A stretch of DNA of 32,000 nucleotides from Methylorubrum extorquens (GTDB taxonomy: Bacteria > Pseudomonadota > Alphaproteobacteria > Rhizobiales > Beijerinckiaceae). Under the pieces are notes generated by a model. That model did not search any database. It was given only the letters and a program-made list of their open reading frames with translations, and was not told where the DNA came from. A program made the position numbers and the translations under genes. The first letter of the stretch is position 1; the number at the start of each line of letters is the position of its first letter. Of the stretch, positions 10,454 through 21,461 are shown in pieces. The stretch spans positions 5,400,001-5,432,000 of the forward strand of contig LT962688.1 in NCBI GenBank assembly GCA_900234795.1. Direction: 5' to 3'.

Positions 10454-10666
10454 ATGACGCAGGCGGATGCCAAGGAGAAGGACGCAGCCTCGCGCGCCCT
10501 TTCCCCGGCGGCTCAGCGCGCGCTGGCGGAAGCGGCCGAGCGGCGGGCGGCGATCGACGCCCGCGCGGCCAAGATCGCCGAGCGGCCCGAAACGCTCGGA
10601 CGCGGCGGCCTGGAGCCTGTCCGCTATGAGGACTGGGAGGTGAAGGGCCTCGCCAGCGACTTCTGA
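10454..10666 (+). CDS. DUF1674 / succinate dehydrogenase assembly factor 4-like small protein
   Basis: ATG at 10454 preceded by AAGGAG. The 70-aa product ends …GGLEPVRYEDWEVKGLASDF, the characteristic C-terminal motif of the DUF1674 family. Confidence 0.8.
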   Translation: MTQADAKEKDAASRALSPAAQRALAEAAERRAAIDARAAKIAERPETLGRGGLEPVRYEDWEVKGLASDF

Positions 10667-10734
10667 CCGGACGCTGACGCTAACTCCTCGCCCGGGCCCC
10701 TCGAAGGGCGTCCGGCGTCGGCCGCCGGAGCGAA

Positions 10735-11505
10735 TCAGCCGAATTGCTCGCGCAGAATGCGCTCTTCCAGGCTGTGGCCGGGGTCGTGCAGCAGCACGAG
10801 ATCGGTGGCGTGGTCGAGCCATGTCTCCACCGTGCAGACGCGGCGGAACTCGGTGTGGTCGGCCACCGCCGCGACGGGGCGGTGTTCGGCGTCGATCACG
10901 TCGATGCGAATGCGCGCGTGGTTCGGCAGCAACGCGCCGCGCCAGCGCCGGGGCCGGAAGGCCGAGATTGGCGTCAGCGCCAGGAGATGCGCGTTGAGCG
11001 GCAGGATCGGCCCGCCGACCGAGAGGTTGTAGGCGGTCGAGCCGGCGGGCGTCGCGGCGAGGATGCCGTCGGCGATGAGTTCCGGCAGGCGGACATGATC
11101 GTCCACCGAGACCCGCAGCTTCGCGGTCTGGTGGGTCTGGCGCAGCATGTAGACCTCGTTGATCGCCCGCGCCGTGTGGCTGTTCCCCTCGGTGTCGGTG
11201 GCGATCATCGTCATCGGGTGGATCGTCGAACGCTTGGTCGCCTCCAGCCGTTCGAGCAGGCCTTCTTCCCGGAACTCGTTCATCAGGAAGCCGACCGTGC
11301 CGCGGTTCATGCCGTAGATCGGCTTGGGCGTGTCCATGAAGCGGTGCAGCACCTGAAGCATCAGGCCGTCGCCGCCGAGCGCGACCACCACATCCGCCTC
11401 CTCGGGCGAGACATGGTCGTAGCGGCGCATCAGCAGGTCCGCCGCCTCCCGCGCATCGGCTGTGGGGCTCGCCACGAAGGCGATCCGTGAAAAGCGACGC
11501 GGCAT
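10735..11505 (-). CDS. nadK: NAD(+) kinase
   Basis: 256 aa. It has the GGDGLML (GGDG) motif and the …TPAGSTAYNLSVGGPIL… region typical of PpnK/NadK. Confidence 0.93.
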   Translation of the reverse strand: MPRRFSRIAFVASPTADAREAADLLMRRYDHVSPEEADVVVALGGDGLMLQVLHRFMDTPKPIYGMNRGTVGFLMNEFREEGLLERLEATKRSTIHPMTMIATDTEGNSHTARAINEVYMLRQTHQTAKLRVSVDDHVRLPELIADGILAATPAGSTAYNLSVGGPILPLNAHLLALTPISAFRPRRWRGALLPNHARIRIDVIDAEHRPVAAVADHTEFRRVCTVETWLDHATDLVLLHDPGHSLEERILREQFG

Positions 11506-11610
11506 CCGTGCTGTCAGCCCTGTTGACGGGAAGAGGCCGAGCCGGTCTCACTCGGGGTTCGAGCCGACCACCCGCGAACGGGCGCCGGCCTGCCGAGGGA
11601 GAGCCATAGC

Positions 11611-11934
11611 ATGGAGCGACCGCTCCTCGTCTACACGACCTTTCCCGATGCCCCGACCGCGCTCGAAATCGGGGAGGCTCTCGTGCGCGCCCGGCTCGCG
11701 GCCTGTGTGAACGTGATTCCGGGGATGCAGTCGGTCTATGCCTGGAAAGGCGCGGTCGAGCGTGGCACCGAGGTCGTCGCGATCCTCAAGACCCGCGAGG
11801 GTCTGGCCGACGCGCTGGCAGCGGAGCTGAAGCGGCGCCACCCTTACGAAACCCCGATCATCCTGCATCTGCCGGTCTCGGGGGCCGACCCGGACACCGC
11901 GGCCTGGATCGCATCGGAAACCGGCCTCGGCTGA
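11611..11934 (+). CDS. cutA: Divalent-cation tolerance protein CutA
   Basis: 107 aa. The sequence LVYTTFPD…ARLAACVNVIPGMQSVYAWKG…E…HPYETP has the typical CutA1 fold signature. Confidence 0.9.
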   Translation: MERPLLVYTTFPDAPTALEIGEALVRARLAACVNVIPGMQSVYAWKGAVERGTEVVAILKTREGLADALAAELKRRHPYETPIILHLPVSGADPDTAAWIASETGLG

Positions 11935-12013
11935 TTGAGCCGAAGTGACCCGCCACGCGAAGGGCGCGGACCCCGTCACCGGAGCCGCGCCCTCGAAACG
12001 TCGCTCGAGCGCT

Positions 12014-12175
12014 TCAGGCGCCGACGAGGGGTGAGAACGAGCGCTGCTGGTGAGCGATGCTCGCCTCGTAGCGCTCGGCTTGCAGCCTCGTCAGGCCCGC
12101 GACCAGGGCCATCGACCCGCGATAGACGGTGTAGGTGCCGTCCTGGGTCGGTTTCACGCGAATGAGCTCGGACAC
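12014..12175 (-). CDS. Small hypothetical protein, 53 aa, GTG start. It is below the ORF-track size cutoff.
   Basis: The minus strand reads GGGAGAGGTCCC-GTG, then VSELIRVKPTQDGTYTVYRGSMALVAGLTRLQAERYEASIAHQQRSFSPLVGA*. It has a good SD, a sensible composition and G+C-rich third positions. The overlapping track ORFs are Arg-rich junk. Confidence 0.4.
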   Translation of the reverse strand: MSELIRVKPTQDGTYTVYRGSMALVAGLTRLQAERYEASIAHQQRSFSPLVGA

Positions 12176-12354
12176 GGGACCTCTCCCTGCCAGGGGTCAA
12201 ACTTTGAACGCGTTACGATGAGGGCAGGTTAATCGGTTGTTCATGTCTTGCAAGCGGCTTTGAGCTTCGCATCACGCAATATTTTTGCTGCATTGCAAGA
12301 AGAGCCGGCTTGTTTCGCAGTGCGGCTGTCATCACTGAAGATAAAATCCACTTT

Positions 12355-12374
12355 TCTGCGAATTCCTTCGCAGA
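12355..12374. promoter_or_regulatory. Palindrome TCTGCGAA-TTCC-TTCGCAGA in the AT-richer leader upstream of the PilZ gene; candidate operator
   Basis: The 8+4+8 perfect dyad was read directly. The half-site TTTCGCAG recurs at about 12313-12320. A TGCAA-N3-TTGCA dyad lies at about 12497-12509. No regulator is assigned. Confidence 0.25.
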
Positions 12375-12550
12375 CTTAGCCGCACATGCGGGCATCGCCA
12401 GCGTCCATTGTGCGTGTGGCGTGAGACGCGGTGCGTCTTCGATGGATGCCCGGTTGTGGTGCAACGAAAAGGCACGCTGCGGGTGGAGGTCTGCCGCGGT
12501 GCAAATGTTGCATCAACACTTTGCTTGTATCGTCGGATTCAAGAAGCCTT

Positions 12551-13003
12551 ATGCCACGGGCCCCCATGCCGGATTCCCAGCCCCCGTTTGCCGATTTCCC
12601 CTTCGACCTGACGGCCGACGAGACCGCGGCACAGGTCGAAGCGGCGCTTGTCGCGCGGCGGGAGGAACGGACATCCACGAACTGGATCGCGCTGATCCGG
12701 CTGTTCGACGGCACCGAGATCCCCTGCAACGTCAAGGATATCTCCAAATCCGGTGCCAAACTCGGCGTGCCCGCGACCTATGAATTGCCGTCCGCCTTCA
12801 TGATCAGAATCATCGGCCGGGACTTCGTGCTGCGGGTCAATCTCGCTTGGCGGCGGGGCAATTACGCGGGCGTCCGCATCGAACGCATCGCCAAGCTGCC
12901 GGTCGTCGAAGAGAAGAAGGCACCGGCCGATGGGCCGGCCTCGAAGCCGACCCCGAACTACAGCTCGATCGGCACGCGCCGCAGCCGCATCTCGCCCGAC
13001 TGA
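12551..13003 (+). CDS. PilZ domain protein (putative c-di-GMP receptor)
   Basis: The start is at M41 of track ORF 12431..13003. The RREER (RxxxR) motif is followed about 27 aa later by DISKSGAKL (DxSxxG), the bipartite PilZ signature. Confidence 0.8.
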   Translation: MPRAPMPDSQPPFADFPFDLTADETAAQVEAALVARREERTSTNWIALIRLFDGTEIPCNVKDISKSGAKLGVPATYELPSAFMIRIIGRDFVLRVNLAWRRGNYAGVRIERIAKLPVVEEKKAPADGPASKPTPNYSSIGTRRSRISPD

Positions 13004-13278
13004 GACGGTGGCGCCGCGGGCGGGTGATAAGTGTCGCTCTTCTGCAGACGGTGAGAGACGCGCCGCAGCGGTGACCGTCCGTTCAAGGGTCTCGGCTTGT
13101 TTGTTCGGCAGCGCACTTGCAAGGCGTCGCCGTGAACCGATAACCCAGCGTGCCGGGGCTTTTCGAGCTTCGGCAACCTCTCGGGTGTGAGCCGCGGGGC
13201 CGCAGGAGCCGTTTCTGCCGACGACCGGCACCTCGAATCCCGCGCGAAACCATCCTGCGCGAAACATGGGAGCCGCGC

Positions 13279-14758
13279 TTGGCCACCATCATCCCCGTCT
13301 CGCCCTTCGATTACGTCGTGTTCGGCGCAACCGGCGACCTGACGCAGCGCAAGCTTCTGCCGGCCCTCTACCAGCGCTATCGCGACGCCCAGATCCCCGA
13401 GACGAGCCGCATCATCGGCGCGTCGCGCAGCCACATGAGCGTGGAGGAGTTCCGGGAGCACGCCCGCGATGCCCTGAAGAGCTTCGTGCCGCCGGCCGAG
13501 ATCGACGACGCGCGCCTCGCCGGCTTCCTCGATCACCTGTTCTACGTGGCGATCGATGCCCTGGGCGACGAGGGCTGGGACGACCTCAAGCGCCTGCTCG
13601 ACGAGCGCCCCGACCGGATCCGGCCCTACTATCTCGCCACCTCGCCCGATCTCTACGGCGCGATCTGCCGCAACCTCGACCGCTACGGGCTGATCGGTGA
13701 GAACAGCCGCGTCGTGCTCGAAAAGCCGATCGGCAAGGACCTGAAATCGGCCCGCGCCATCAACGATGCCGTCGGCGCGGTGTTTCCCGAGAGCCAGATC
13801 TTCCGCATCGACCACTATCTCGGCAAGGAGACGGTGCAGAACCTGCTGGCCCTGCGCTTTGCCAACACGATCTTCGAGCGGCTCTGGAACGCCGACGTGA
13901 TCGACCACGTGCAGATCACGGTGGGCGAGACGGTCGGCGTCGAGGGGCGCGGCGGCTACTACGACACCTCCGGCGCCCTGCGCGACATGGTGCAGAACCA
14001 TATCCTCCAGCTCCTCTGCCTCACGGCGATGGAGAGCCCGATCTCGCTCGACGCGAACTCCGTGCGCGACGAGAAGCTGAAGGTGCTGCGCGCCCTCAAA
14101 CCCATCACCGCCGCCGACGTGCAGAGCGTGACCGTGCGGGGGCAGTACGTGGCCGGCGCGGTCAGCGGCCGGCCGGTGGAGAGCTACCACACCGACCTCG
14201 GCAGCAATGCCGCGAGCCGCACCGAGACCTTCGTCGCCCTCAAGCTCGAAGTGCGCAGCGGGCGCTGGGCGGGGGGTGCCGTTCTACGTGCGCACCGGCA
14301 AGCGTCTGCCGAAGAAGCTGTCCGAGATCGTGGTGCAGTTCCGCGCCTCGCCCTTCTCGATCTTCCCGAACGACGCCTTCGGGCGCGAGCCGAACCGCCT
14401 CGTCATCCGGCTCCAGCCGGAGGAGGGGATGAAGCTCGAAGTGATGACCAAGGATCCGGGCCCCGGCGGCATGCGCCTGCGCCCGACCAATCTCGACATC
14501 TCGTTCGAGGAGACGTTCAAGCAGCGCTATCCCGACGCCTACGAGCGGCTTCTGATGGACGTGGTGCGCGGCAACGCCACCCTGTTCATGCGCCGTGACG
14601 AGGTGGAGGTGGCCTGGGCCTGGGCCGACACCCTGCTCAAGGCCTGGGCTGACCGCCCGGACCCGCCACGCCCCTACGCCGCCGGAAGCTGGGGACCGAC
14701 CGCCTCGATCGCCCTGATCGAACGCGACGGCCGCACTTGGCATGAGGAAATCGGCTGA
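13279..14758 (+). pseudogene. zwf: Glucose-6-phosphate 1-dehydrogenase, interrupted by a +1 frameshift at the G6 run 14271-14276
   Basis: The N-terminal 330 aa lie in the frame of ORF 13150..14598 (FGATGDLTQRKLLPALY, RIDHYLGKE, …ALKLEVRSGRWAG). The C-terminal part lies in the frame of ORF 14207..14758 (VPFYVRTGKRLPKKLSEIVVQF…DAYERLLMDV…). The likely start is the TTG at 13279, 6 nt after GGGAG. The length of 1480 nt equals 3n+1. Confidence 0.9.
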
Positions 14759-14853
14759 CGCCTCACTGGCACGAGGAAATCGGCTGACGCCTCATTGGCA
14801 TGAGAGGATCGGCTGACGCCTCGGGGCATGAGGACATCGGCCGAGGTCGCTCA
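14738..14853. repeat. 29-bp tandem repeat: three good copies (14738-14766, 14767-14795, 14796-14824) plus one degenerate copy. It spans the zwf stop to the arginase stop.
   Basis: Unit TGGCATGAGGAAATCGGCTGACGCCTCAC. Copy 2 differs from copy 1 at 2 positions and copy 3 at 5. Each copy re-encodes W-H-E-x-I-G-stop. The whole convergent intergenic gap is repeat. Confidence 0.85.
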
Positions 14854-15778
14854 CGCCTCCAGCGGCGGCTCGGTCGGCCGGTCGATGATGCGGCGGCCGA
14901 ACAGGCTCGCCACCAGCTCGACGAGTGCCCGGGCGCTGCGCCCGCGCTCGTCGAGGAAGGGGTTCAACTCCACCACGTCGAGGGGAGCCGACCAGCCCTG
15001 AATCGCACAGCATCTCCATGATGAGATGCGCCTCGCGGAACGTTGCCCCGCCCGGCACCGTCGTGCCGACGCCCGGCGCGATGGCGGGGTCGAGGAAATC
15101 CACGTCGAAGCTGACATGCAGGTGGCCGTTCGCGGCCGCGACCCGGTCGAGGATGCGGCGCAGCGGCGCGACCACGCCGAATTCGTCGATGGTCCGCATA
15201 TCGATGACGTTCACCTGCCGCTGCGTGACGATGGCCCGCTCGCCGGCATCGATCGAGCGCAGGCCAAACAGGTGGATGCGCCGCGGATCGAGCAGCGGGC
15301 GTTCACCACCGGCGAACAGGTCGTCGAAACCGGGCTCGCCGCACAGGGCAGCCAGCGGCATGCCGTGGACGTTGCCGGAGGGCGATGTCTCCAGGGTGTT
15401 GAAGTCGGCATGGGCGTCGAGCCACAGCACGAAGACCGGCCGCCCGGTGCGGCCGCAATGGCGCAGCGCCCCGTCGATCGAGCCGAGCGACAAGCTGTGG
15501 TCGCCGCCCGCCACGAGCGGCAGGCTTCCGCCGTCCAGGGCCGTTTCCACTGCCCGCGAGATCTCGGTCATCCAGGCCCGGATCGCCGGGAGATCGCGCT
15601 GGCCCGGCGTGCAGTCGGGAGCGAGATCGCCCTGGTCGCGGACCGTGAAGCCCAGATCCCGAAGCACCCGCAGCAATCCGGCGGTGCGCAGGGCTGCCGG
15701 CCCCATCACGGCTCCGGGCTCGCTCGTTCCGATCTCGATCGGTGCGCCGATGAGGTCGATCGTGGAGGGTGCGGGCAT
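14851..15778 (-). pseudogene. rocF: Arginase (ureohydrolase family), interrupted by a +1 frameshift at the G4 run 14982-14985
   Basis: From M24 of ORF 14792..15847 the sequence reads MPAPSTIDLIGAPIEIG…GGDHSLS…DAHADFN…SFDVDFLDP…EAHLIMEMLCDSGLVGS. It then continues in the frame of ORF 14851..15117 as LDVVELNPFLDERGRSARALVELVASLFG…. Confidence 0.88.
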
Positions 15779-15822
15779 CGAGGCTTCCGTTTGAGCAGGG
15801 CGGGTCGGACTCTTCGCCGGCC

Positions 15823-15851
15823 GGGCGTGGCGGCACGGCTGCGCCACGCCC
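15823..15851. other. Perfect 10-bp stem (GGGCGTGGCG / CGCCACGCCC) with a 9-nt loop, just upstream of the arginase start
   Basis: Read directly. On the plus strand it is followed by TATTGTCTT. It lies in a roughly 430-bp gap between the kinase stop and the arginase start. The function is unknown. Confidence 0.35.
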
Positions 15852-16206
15852 TATTGTCTTACGAGCGGGGAAAGGATGCCAAGGACGGGCCAATCCTCTC
15901 GAAGTCGATCCTCCACCATGACGATGACAACCAGACGATTGCAGTCCCGCCTGGAGGCGGCCGATCTGCGGACAGGCGAGCGATCGCACTGGCGTCCTCC
16001 GCTCGACCCAGCTTCCCGGTCTCGACCGGACCGTGGTTTCGCTGTTGTCGGGCCAACCTTCGAATGAGGACGACCAGCGGAAGGCCGCCCGCGCCCGCGT
16101 CCGGCGCCTGTGGCGATCTTTTCGCAGCGCAGAGTACCGGCGTTCGGGGTGACGCGCCGCATCGACATCGCCCAACGGGATCGCGACGCACCCGCCGGGC
16201 CGATCC

Positions 16207-18567
<2,361 letters not shown>

Positions 18568-18752
18568 ATCGACACCTCTGCACTGTTTGGAAACGGCGCC
18601 TTGGCCTGAGCCGCGTCGGCTGCTTCGAATCGTATTCACAATGGACATCGCGGGCCGGCGTTTGTCCACGCCGTTTCTGGGGTGGAGAATTGACACCGCG
18701 CGGCCGCTGACGGCCGCATGGTGCCGAAACGCGTTCCTCAACAGACCCTTAA

Positions 18753-21383
18753 CTAGCCGGCCAAGCTTCGCGTCCCGATATCGGTCACATCACGAGAAAG
18801 TCCGGGCGTGGCCGCGATGCGACGCAGGGCCGTCTCAGCCGCGGCCCGGCGCACCGGTTCGAGGCGCCGCCAGGGGCCGAAGGCGGTCATCAGGCGTGCG
18901 GCGACCTGCGGGTTGGTGCCGTCGAGCGCCAGCACGGTCTCGGCCACGAGGGTGTAGCCGGCCCCGTCCGCACGGTTGAACTGGGTCGGGTTGGCGAGGC
19001 TGAAGCTGCCGACGAGGGAGCGCACCCGATTCGGGTTCGTATTGGCGAAGGCCGCGTGGCCCTGAAGGCGGCGGATGCGCGCCACCGTCCCGTCCTCGGG
19101 GATCATCGCCTGGATCGCGAACCACTTGTCGAGCACCAGCGGCTCGTTTGCGTAGCGCTCGGCGAAGGCGGACAAAGCCGCCTCTCGTGCCTCGCCCGGC
19201 ACGAGTGCGAGGGCGGCAAGCCCGGCGAGGCGGTCGGTCATGTTGGTTGCCTGCGCGATCTGCGCCTGCGCCAGAGCCGTGCCGGCCTCCGGGTCGGCGG
19301 CGGCGATCAGGTCGAGGGCGGCGTTGCGCAGAGCCCGCCGTCCGGCTGCGGCCGCGTCGGGCGAGAATGGAGTACCCTCCGGCTCCGCCAGAGCCTCGCG
19401 GAGGCTCAGGAGCCGCTCCCGCAGGCCCGTGCCGAGGCGGTGGCGCAGATCACGGCGCGCGGCAAAGATCGCCTCCGGATCGATCTCGGTTCCGATCTCG
19501 TCGGCGAGGTCGCCCTCGCTCGGCAGGGCCAGAACTTGTGCGGCGAAGGCTGGATCGCGCAGGGCCTCCGCATCGAGGAACGCGCCGAGCGCGACGACGA
19601 AGTCGTCGGCGCCCGCGTCCTCGGCCGTCTCGCCGCGCACCTGCGCCGTCATGAGCCCGAGGGCGATGCGCTGGGCCGCCTCCCAGCGGTTGAAGCTGTC
19701 GGGGTCGTGACGCAGCAGGGTCAGGCGCGCGGCGTCGTCGAGGGAGCTCTCGACGCGGACCGGCGCGGAGAACGCGCGAAACAGCGACGGCACGGGCTCC
19801 ACGGCGACATTCTCGAAGGTGATGGCATCCTCGGCTGTCTCGAGCACGAACACGCCATTCTCGACTCGCTCGGCGAAGGGGGTGCCGAGCGGGCCATCCG
19901 GGCCGACGAGGCCGAGGCCCATCGGGATGACGAGGGGCGGCGCATCCGCCCCGGCGCCGGGGCGCGTCTGGCGGAAGGCGAGGCGGTAGGTCCGAGCCGC
20001 GGGGTCGTAGCTGCTGGAGACGGCGACCCGCGGCGTGCCCGGCCGTTCGTACCATTCGGCGAAGCGCGAGAGGTCGCGGCCGGTCACGGCCTCGAACGCC
20101 TTCAAAAAGTCCTCGACGGTGGCGGCCGTGCCGTCGTTGTCGGCGAAGTAGCGGTCCATGCCGGCGCGGAACGCGGTCTCGCCGATCAGCGTGCGCAGCA
20201 TCCGCACGATCTCGGCGCCCTTCTCGTAGACGGTCGCCGTGTAGAAGTTGTTGATCTCAGCATATTGCTTCGGCCGCACCGGGTGGGCCAGTGGCCCCGC
20301 ATCCTCGGGAAACTGGCGGGCGCGCAGGTTGCGCACCTCGGCGATCCGGTGGACGGCGCGCGAGCGCATGTCGGAGGAGAATTCTTGGTCGCGGAAGACG
20401 GTCAGGCCCTCCTTGAGGCAGAGCTGGAACCAGTCGCGGCAGGTGACGCGGTTGCCCGACCAGTTGTGGAAGTATTCGTGGGCGATGATGGCTTCGATCG
20501 CTGCGTAATCGCCATCGGTCGCGGTCTCGGGGCTAGCGAGAACGTATTTGTCGTTGAAGATGTTGAGGCCCTTGTTCTCCATCGCCCCCATGTTGAAGTC
20601 GGAGACGGCCACGACGTTGAATAGGTCAAGGTCGTAGGCACGGCCGAACGCCGTCTCGTCCCAGGCCATGGAACGCTCCACCGCATCCAGCGCGTAGGCG
20701 GCCCGGTCTGCCTTCCCCGGCTCGACATAGACCGCGATCTCGACCGTGCGGCCCTCCATGGTGGTGAAGGGCTTGGCCACCCGGTCGAGCCGCCCGCCCA
20801 CCAGGGCGAACAGGTAGGCGGGTTTGGGCAGCGGGTCGTGCCAGACCGCGTAATGCCGGTCCGTCCCCGGCACCGTGCCCGCCCCGACCGGATTGCCGTT
20901 GCCGAGCAGCACCGGGGCGGCCTCCCGCTCCGCCTCGATGCGGGTGGTGTAGACCGACAGCACGTCCGGCCGGTCGAGGAAGTAGGTGATCCGCCGGAAG
21001 CCGTCGGCCTCGCACTGGGTGCAGTAGACGCCGTTGGAGCGGTAGAGGCCCATCAGCCGGGTGTTGGCGGTGGGGTCGAGCCGGGTCTCGATCCGCAGGG
21101 TGAACGGACGCTGCGGCGGCCTGTGCAGCGTCAGGCCCGAGGCATCGGCCCGGACGGCGTCCGGCGCCTGCCCGTCGAGTTCGAGCGCCAGCAGCGTGAG
21201 GTCGTCGCCGTCGAGAACGAGGGGCGCGCCCGCACGGCCCGCCGGGTTCGGGCGCAGCGCCAGGGTTGCGGTCACGCGGGTGTCGTGCGGGTCGAGGCGC
21301 ACGTCGAGTTCGACGCGGTCGATGAGGTGGTCGCTCGGGCGGTAGTCTTCGAGGCGAACGGTCGGGGGCGTCTCGGTGCGCAT
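18753..21383 (-). CDS. pepN: Aminopeptidase N (M1 family)
   Basis: 876 aa. It has the GAMENKG exopeptidase motif and the HEYFHNWSGNRVT…LKEGLT zinc site (HExxH-18-E). Confidence 0.96.
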   Translation of the reverse strand: MRTETPPTVRLEDYRPSDHLIDRVELDVRLDPHDTRVTATLALRPNPAGRAGAPLVLDGDDLTLLALELDGQAPDAVRADASGLTLHRPPQRPFTLRIETRLDPTANTRLMGLYRSNGVYCTQCEADGFRRITYFLDRPDVLSVYTTRIEAEREAAPVLLGNGNPVGAGTVPGTDRHYAVWHDPLPKPAYLFALVGGRLDRVAKPFTTMEGRTVEIAVYVEPGKADRAAYALDAVERSMAWDETAFGRAYDLDLFNVVAVSDFNMGAMENKGLNIFNDKYVLASPETATDGDYAAIEAIIAHEYFHNWSGNRVTCRDWFQLCLKEGLTVFRDQEFSSDMRSRAVHRIAEVRNLRARQFPEDAGPLAHPVRPKQYAEINNFYTATVYEKGAEIVRMLRTLIGETAFRAGMDRYFADNDGTAATVEDFLKAFEAVTGRDLSRFAEWYERPGTPRVAVSSSYDPAARTYRLAFRQTRPGAGADAPPLVIPMGLGLVGPDGPLGTPFAERVENGVFVLETAEDAITFENVAVEPVPSLFRAFSAPVRVESSLDDAARLTLLRHDPDSFNRWEAAQRIALGLMTAQVRGETAEDAGADDFVVALGAFLDAEALRDPAFAAQVLALPSEGDLADEIGTEIDPEAIFAARRDLRHRLGTGLRERLLSLREALAEPEGTPFSPDAAAAGRRALRNAALDLIAAADPEAGTALAQAQIAQATNMTDRLAGLAALALVPGEAREAALSAFAERYANEPLVLDKWFAIQAMIPEDGTVARIRRLQGHAAFANTNPNRVRSLVGSFSLANPTQFNRADGAGYTLVAETVLALDGTNPQVAARLMTAFGPWRRLEPVRRAAAETALRRIAATPGLSRDVTDIGTRSLAG

Positions 21384-21461
21384 CGGTTTGGACTCGCCGT
21401 CGGGAAAAGCGTCCCGTCTTCTAGAGGCGATCCCTGCCGAGCGGAATCCGTTGCGGATCGA

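Noticed and set aside
8969-11551. 860-aa minus-strand ORF, the longest in its region
   Set aside because: It is an artefact of high G+C. Only the segment from about 9720 to 10348 is real coding sequence, namely the rsmB N-terminal domain. The rest runs out of frame through nadK and the rsmB C-terminal domain and is Arg/Pro/Gly/Ala-rich.
14738-14853. Considered whether the 29-bp repeats are a CRISPR array
   Set aside because: The copies are directly contiguous with no spacers, they overlap the ends of two genes, and no cas genes are nearby.
15876-16067. 63-aa plus-strand ORF with GGGGAAAGG just before its ATG, in the kinase/arginase gap
   Set aside because: The product is Ser/Arg/Thr-rich and low-complexity (MPRTGQSSRSRSSTMTMTTRR…), and its codon bias is weak. 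It is probably non-coding.
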